Assembly: GCA_033178465.1 (NCBI GenBank)
Contig: GCA_033178465.1_4726.5
Reading direction: 5' to 3' (one strand)
From: a phage
DNA length: 32,613 nucleotides
In this document: piece by piece, positions 29,743 through 32,613 of the stretch
Layout of the letters: each line of letters begins with the position of its first letter
How positions within the stretch are numbered: the first letter of the stretch is position 1
Position numbers and translations under genes: made by a program
The notes under the pieces: model-generated
What the model was told of the DNA's origin: nothing
The model's database searches: none
What the model saw: only the letters and a program-made list of their open reading frames with translations

Positions 29743-30240
29743 ATGCAAGGTATTTTACACACGTTGATTTTAGGACTTGCTATGTTGCTTATCGCACCGT
29801 TCAGTCAAGCATCAGTGAACGCGGGGCCTAGAATCGATTGCCGGAAAGAGATCGTCGCATGTGCGGTGTATATGGAAGCCAGAGGCGAATCTGTAAAAGG
29901 GCAATACTCCGTGGCGTTTTTAATACATAATCGATCTATGGACTACCGATTCCCTACGAACGTCAGAGACGTCGTACTGCAAAGAGGTCAATTCCCCTGG
30001 ACAAAACAAAGGCGTATTGTCATACGCGATCACGCTGCTTTTGAGCGAGCAAGAGCAATAGCACGAGAGGTCGCAACATTACGTTATACTGACATTGCGG
30101 CTTACCATAAAGCCGACCCAACACGAGGAGCTGTATTCTTTAACGCGAAACATCTTCGCCCTAAACATTTCAGAAAACATGCTACCAATATCACCGTGGT
30201 AGATAGCCACATTTTCTTTGGTAAACGACGACACACGTAA
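29743..30240 (+). CDS. secreted SleB-like cell-wall hydrolase (Hydrolase_2 family), candidate endolysin
   Basis: GAGG upstream; signal peptide MQGILHTLILGLAMLLIAPFSQASVNA; signature CAVYMEARGES...GQYSVAFLIHNR...FPTNV...VVLQRGQFPW. Confidence 0.7.
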   Translation: MQGILHTLILGLAMLLIAPFSQASVNAGPRIDCRKEIVACAVYMEARGESVKGQYSVAFLIHNRSMDYRFPTNVRDVVLQRGQFPWTKQRRIVIRDHAAFERARAIAREVATLRYTDIAAYHKADPTRGAVFFNAKHLRPKHFRKHATNITVVDSHIFFGKRRHT

Positions 30241-30253
30241 AACAAATCCGTAT

Positions 30254-30280
30254 GCCCTTCCTGCGTAAGGCAGGAAGGGC
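30254..30280 (+). terminator. GC stem-loop (GCCCTTCCTGC-GTAAG-GCAGGAAGGGC) followed by TTATGCTG; terminator-like or regulatory
   Basis: 11-bp perfect stem 14 nt after the stop at 30240; same downstream box as at 819. Confidence 0.45.
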
Positions 30281-30333
30281 TTATGCTGTTAAACTGACTA
30301 AATGTAATCATCCTAATAAAGAAGGAAATCATC

Positions 30334-30591
30334 ATGAAAACGATCAAAGCAACTAAATCCGTTAAAACAAATAAAACTAACGTTCAGCCACTGCATCATA
30401 TCACGGTTTATCGTAACAAAGATAACGCAATCACCAAGTTCCGCGTCCGCGTAAAAGCGGCTGAATCCGTATTAGAGAAATTGGTTGATATGACGGTTTC
30501 TGTTGATGCTTACGATTCGTACCAGAAAGCAATGCTGGCGGCGATTCAAATCCGCGATAAAGCGCTGAACAACCCAATCAACGCATTTTAA
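30334..30591 (+). CDS. hypothetical protein
   Basis: Track ORF; AAGGA 9 nt upstream of ATG. Confidence 0.55.
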   Translation: MKTIKATKSVKTNKTNVQPLHHITVYRNKDNAITKFRVRVKAAESVLEKLVDMTVSVDAYDSYQKAMLAAIQIRDKALNNPINAF

Positions 30592-30612
30592 TTACTTAGC
30601 AACTTAGCAAAC

Positions 30613-30649
30613 GGTTCTTCTCTTCCTGAGGCTGTGGAGGGGAAGAACC
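30613..30649 (+). promoter_or_regulatory. long imperfect stem-loop immediately upstream of the RBS of 30664..31164, preceded by tandem CTTAGCAA repeat
   Basis: GGTTCTTCTCTTCC ... GGAGGGGAAGAACC gives about 14 bp with three G-U pairs; AAAGGAG RBS starts 2 nt after the 3' arm. Confidence 0.35.
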
Positions 30650-30663
30650 AGAAAGGAGTAATT

Positions 30664-31164
30664 ATGTTTTCTTTTGTTGTCACTGAAGAACAACTGGTGC
30701 GTTTTAAAGAGCGCGCACGGGCTGCTATCGAAGAAGGTGAAATCGAACCACGTATCTTACCAGCCTGCCGGGCGTTACTGGACGCGCCTGGTATCGCACC
30801 GATGTGGTCATGCGAAGGACACGATAACGTAACCCGTAAAGTGGTTGTTGATGGGAAAACAACCACAAAAGTTGTTCGTAAGCACCCGCACGTGATCGTT
30901 GCGGTAACAACCGAAGGGCTGTCTTACATAAACGCTATTGGTGAATGTTTATTACAACAGTCGGCTGATTACGTCTGGACCATCAATGCGAGTCGATTAT
31001 ACGATCCTACCCAGGAAGAAGAGTCGATGGACACACGTTATTGGGCGTGGGGTATCCATTCCGTTAATTACATAGATAGTGGCGATGAGACAATGGAGGA
31101 ACGTGGAGAACGGCTAAACGACGCTATTCTTGAAGCGGTAGAAAAGGTGAGAAGTCAGAATTAA
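30664..31164 (+). CDS. hypothetical protein
   Basis: Track ORF 30634 trimmed to the ATG after AAAGGAG. Confidence 0.55.
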   Translation: MFSFVVTEEQLVRFKERARAAIEEGEIEPRILPACRALLDAPGIAPMWSCEGHDNVTRKVVVDGKTTTKVVRKHPHVIVAVTTEGLSYINAIGECLLQQSADYVWTINASRLYDPTQEEESMDTRYWAWGIHSVNYIDSGDETMEERGERLNDAILEAVEKVRSQN

Positions 31165-31247
31165 TTCTTACCGAAAATCGGTAACCTGTGAACTGATAAA
31201 ACTGTAATCGTGTCACGTAAAAGACAATCTTTATTTGAGGAATAGAA

Positions 31248-31988
31248 ATGCAAGAAGCACGTTATCAAGGAAGCATCATGCTCTCCTGTGGTTTTGTTAT
31301 TGAACATCCAATTCACGGTAAATTACTCATCAAAGAAGACATCCGTAAAGCATCGCAATCGAAAAACTTCTCCCCGCTTCTAGCGGCTAAAGCTTTATTA
31401 GCATCGTTTGATGACATCGATATTGTCAGTTACCAAACAACGTTATATAACGTTGATGGTTACGGATGGATTTATGGGTGGGTTTGTGTTCAACATGATC
31501 GAATCGATGTCGTTGTAGGGAACGAAAAAGCGTTTTGGTTCAGCGAATCAAAAACTGATTTTGCGAATCACACGCATGTGGTTAAACTACAAAGCGACGA
31601 TCTATTACAAGACGTACGTCGTTTCTGGTCGGGCTATCAGGATAACATTTTGATTCCGGTGCCTGACGAGCTTTCGAAGGTGTATGACGAACTGGTAAGC
31701 GAGAGCGGTGACGTTTGGCAAACCTGCGAAGATCCGTATCGATTCTTCACACGTAAGCAGAAAGACCGTCTGATGGTACGTGGTTGGATTGAGAATCCTG
31801 AAGGTGGCATTTATCACTATGTCGATGCGGAAGCGGTGGTTAGCGACGAACGGTATAAGTTTGATATTCGGGATGAACAGTTAATATGGACAGCACAGCG
31901 TTCAGCAGAGCGAGATGGTGTGATCACCATGTTCTATGATCCCGAAATCAAATTGACCCTGTTTGCAGAAGGAGATATTGACGAATGA
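31248..31988 (+). CDS. hypothetical protein
   Basis: Track ORF; GAGGA upstream of ATG. Confidence 0.55.
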   Translation: MQEARYQGSIMLSCGFVIEHPIHGKLLIKEDIRKASQSKNFSPLLAAKALLASFDDIDIVSYQTTLYNVDGYGWIYGWVCVQHDRIDVVVGNEKAFWFSESKTDFANHTHVVKLQSDDLLQDVRRFWSGYQDNILIPVPDELSKVYDELVSESGDVWQTCEDPYRFFTRKQKDRLMVRGWIENPEGGIYHYVDAEAVVSDERYKFDIRDEQLIWTAQRSAERDGVITMFYDPEIKLTLFAEGDIDE

Positions 31989-32560
31989 ATTGGATTAAGG
32001 TAGTGTTGTTTATTATACTTGTTGCCGTATCTGTCGGACTATTCTTTTACACACGTCGGAAAGAACAGAAACGTAAACCGAGCAGACCGTTGGTTACCGG
32101 TGTTGTAACACCCGCAAAACAGTCTGAATTACCTAAATCTCTTTATATGACGGAAGTGACTTTAGACGCATCAAAAGGCAATGAGCTCGTGCTCGAAATG
32201 TTAATGCAGAAACACTATAAAGATGCTGTATTGACTGCCGAGTATTGGGTTGATCCTAGCAACCCAGGCAAACGCTGGCGTGCCTGGTATCCTTTACATG
32301 TACCGTGTACGAATACCTGGATTGAGTGGCCTGCATTGGTTAGCTATCGTTCAACCGATAAAGCGAACAAAGCAGCGTTCTTCTTGGATACCAATCGTTT
32401 CAAATGGTATCCCGATAAGGTAACAAATGAGCCGGTATGGATGCCTAAGAAGGGCGGTACGTGCTTTACTGTCGGACAAGTCATGTTAACAGATTTAGAC
32501 GACCAGAACAACTTCTTTGTCATTGAAGAAGAAAAGCTTAACGATCTGATTCCTTACTAA
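31985..32560 (+). CDS. membrane-anchored protein with N-terminal TM helix
   Basis: ATGA overlap with upstream gene; N-terminus MNWIKVVLFIILVAVSVGLFFY followed by RRKEQKRK. Confidence 0.55.
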   Translation: MNWIKVVLFIILVAVSVGLFFYTRRKEQKRKPSRPLVTGVVTPAKQSELPKSLYMTEVTLDASKGNELVLEMLMQKHYKDAVLTAEYWVDPSNPGKRWRAWYPLHVPCTNTWIEWPALVSYRSTDKANKAAFFLDTNRFKWYPDKVTNEPVWMPKKGGTCFTVGQVMLTDLDDQNNFFVIEEEKLNDLIPY

Positions 32561-32580
32561 TCGTTCGATATAACGGTACG

Positions 32581-32611
32581 CGGTGTTCATCCCTAAAAAG
32601 GATGAACACCG
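32581..32611 (+). terminator. stem-loop (CGGTGTTCATCC-CTAAAAA-GGATGAACACCG), probable terminator
   Basis: 12-bp perfect stem 21 nt after the stop at 32560; the window ends before any U-tract can be seen. Confidence 0.45.
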
Positions 32612-32613
32612 TT

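Noticed and set aside
30334-30591. AP2-like DNA-binding domain in 30334-30591
   Set aside because: Only a vague similarity (YRNKDNAITKFRVRV); too weak to call.

Overview
The window reads as a contiguous block from a large virulent dsDNA bacteriophage, probably of a Gram-negative host: about 65 tightly packed genes, all on the + strand, many with overlapping stop/start codons (ATGA, TAATG) and AGGAG-type Shine-Dalgarno sequences. No rRNA, tRNA, CRISPR array, integrase or transposase was recognised. Products I can support from motifs are a calcineurin-like metallophosphoesterase (252-809), a DEDDh 3'-5' exonuclease-domain protein (5575-6804), thymidylate synthase (9141-10160), NAD-dependent DNA ligase (17630-19699), a GNAT acetyltransferase (22426-22959), a small SAM-dependent methyltransferase with a PPY motif (23438-24088) and a secreted SleB-like cell-wall hydrolase (29743-30240). 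The rest are small hypothetical proteins. The candidates for a previously undescribed system, in order of interest: (1) a tandem array of six overlapping paralogous genes encoding Myb/SANT-like HTH repeat proteins (19692-22429) immediately followed by the GNAT and methyltransferase genes; (2) a family of four small basic proteins sharing a K-K-G-P-x-K-G-K patch, one of them absent from the ORF track; (3) a recurrent intergenic element, a GC-rich stem-loop followed by a TTATGCYG box, seen at seven gene boundaries. Everything was done by eye: coordinates of hand-indexed hairpins and re-assigned starts may be off by 1-2 nt (one sequence line, 28201-28260, did not reconcile with the ORF track by one base), and no database search or folding computation was run.
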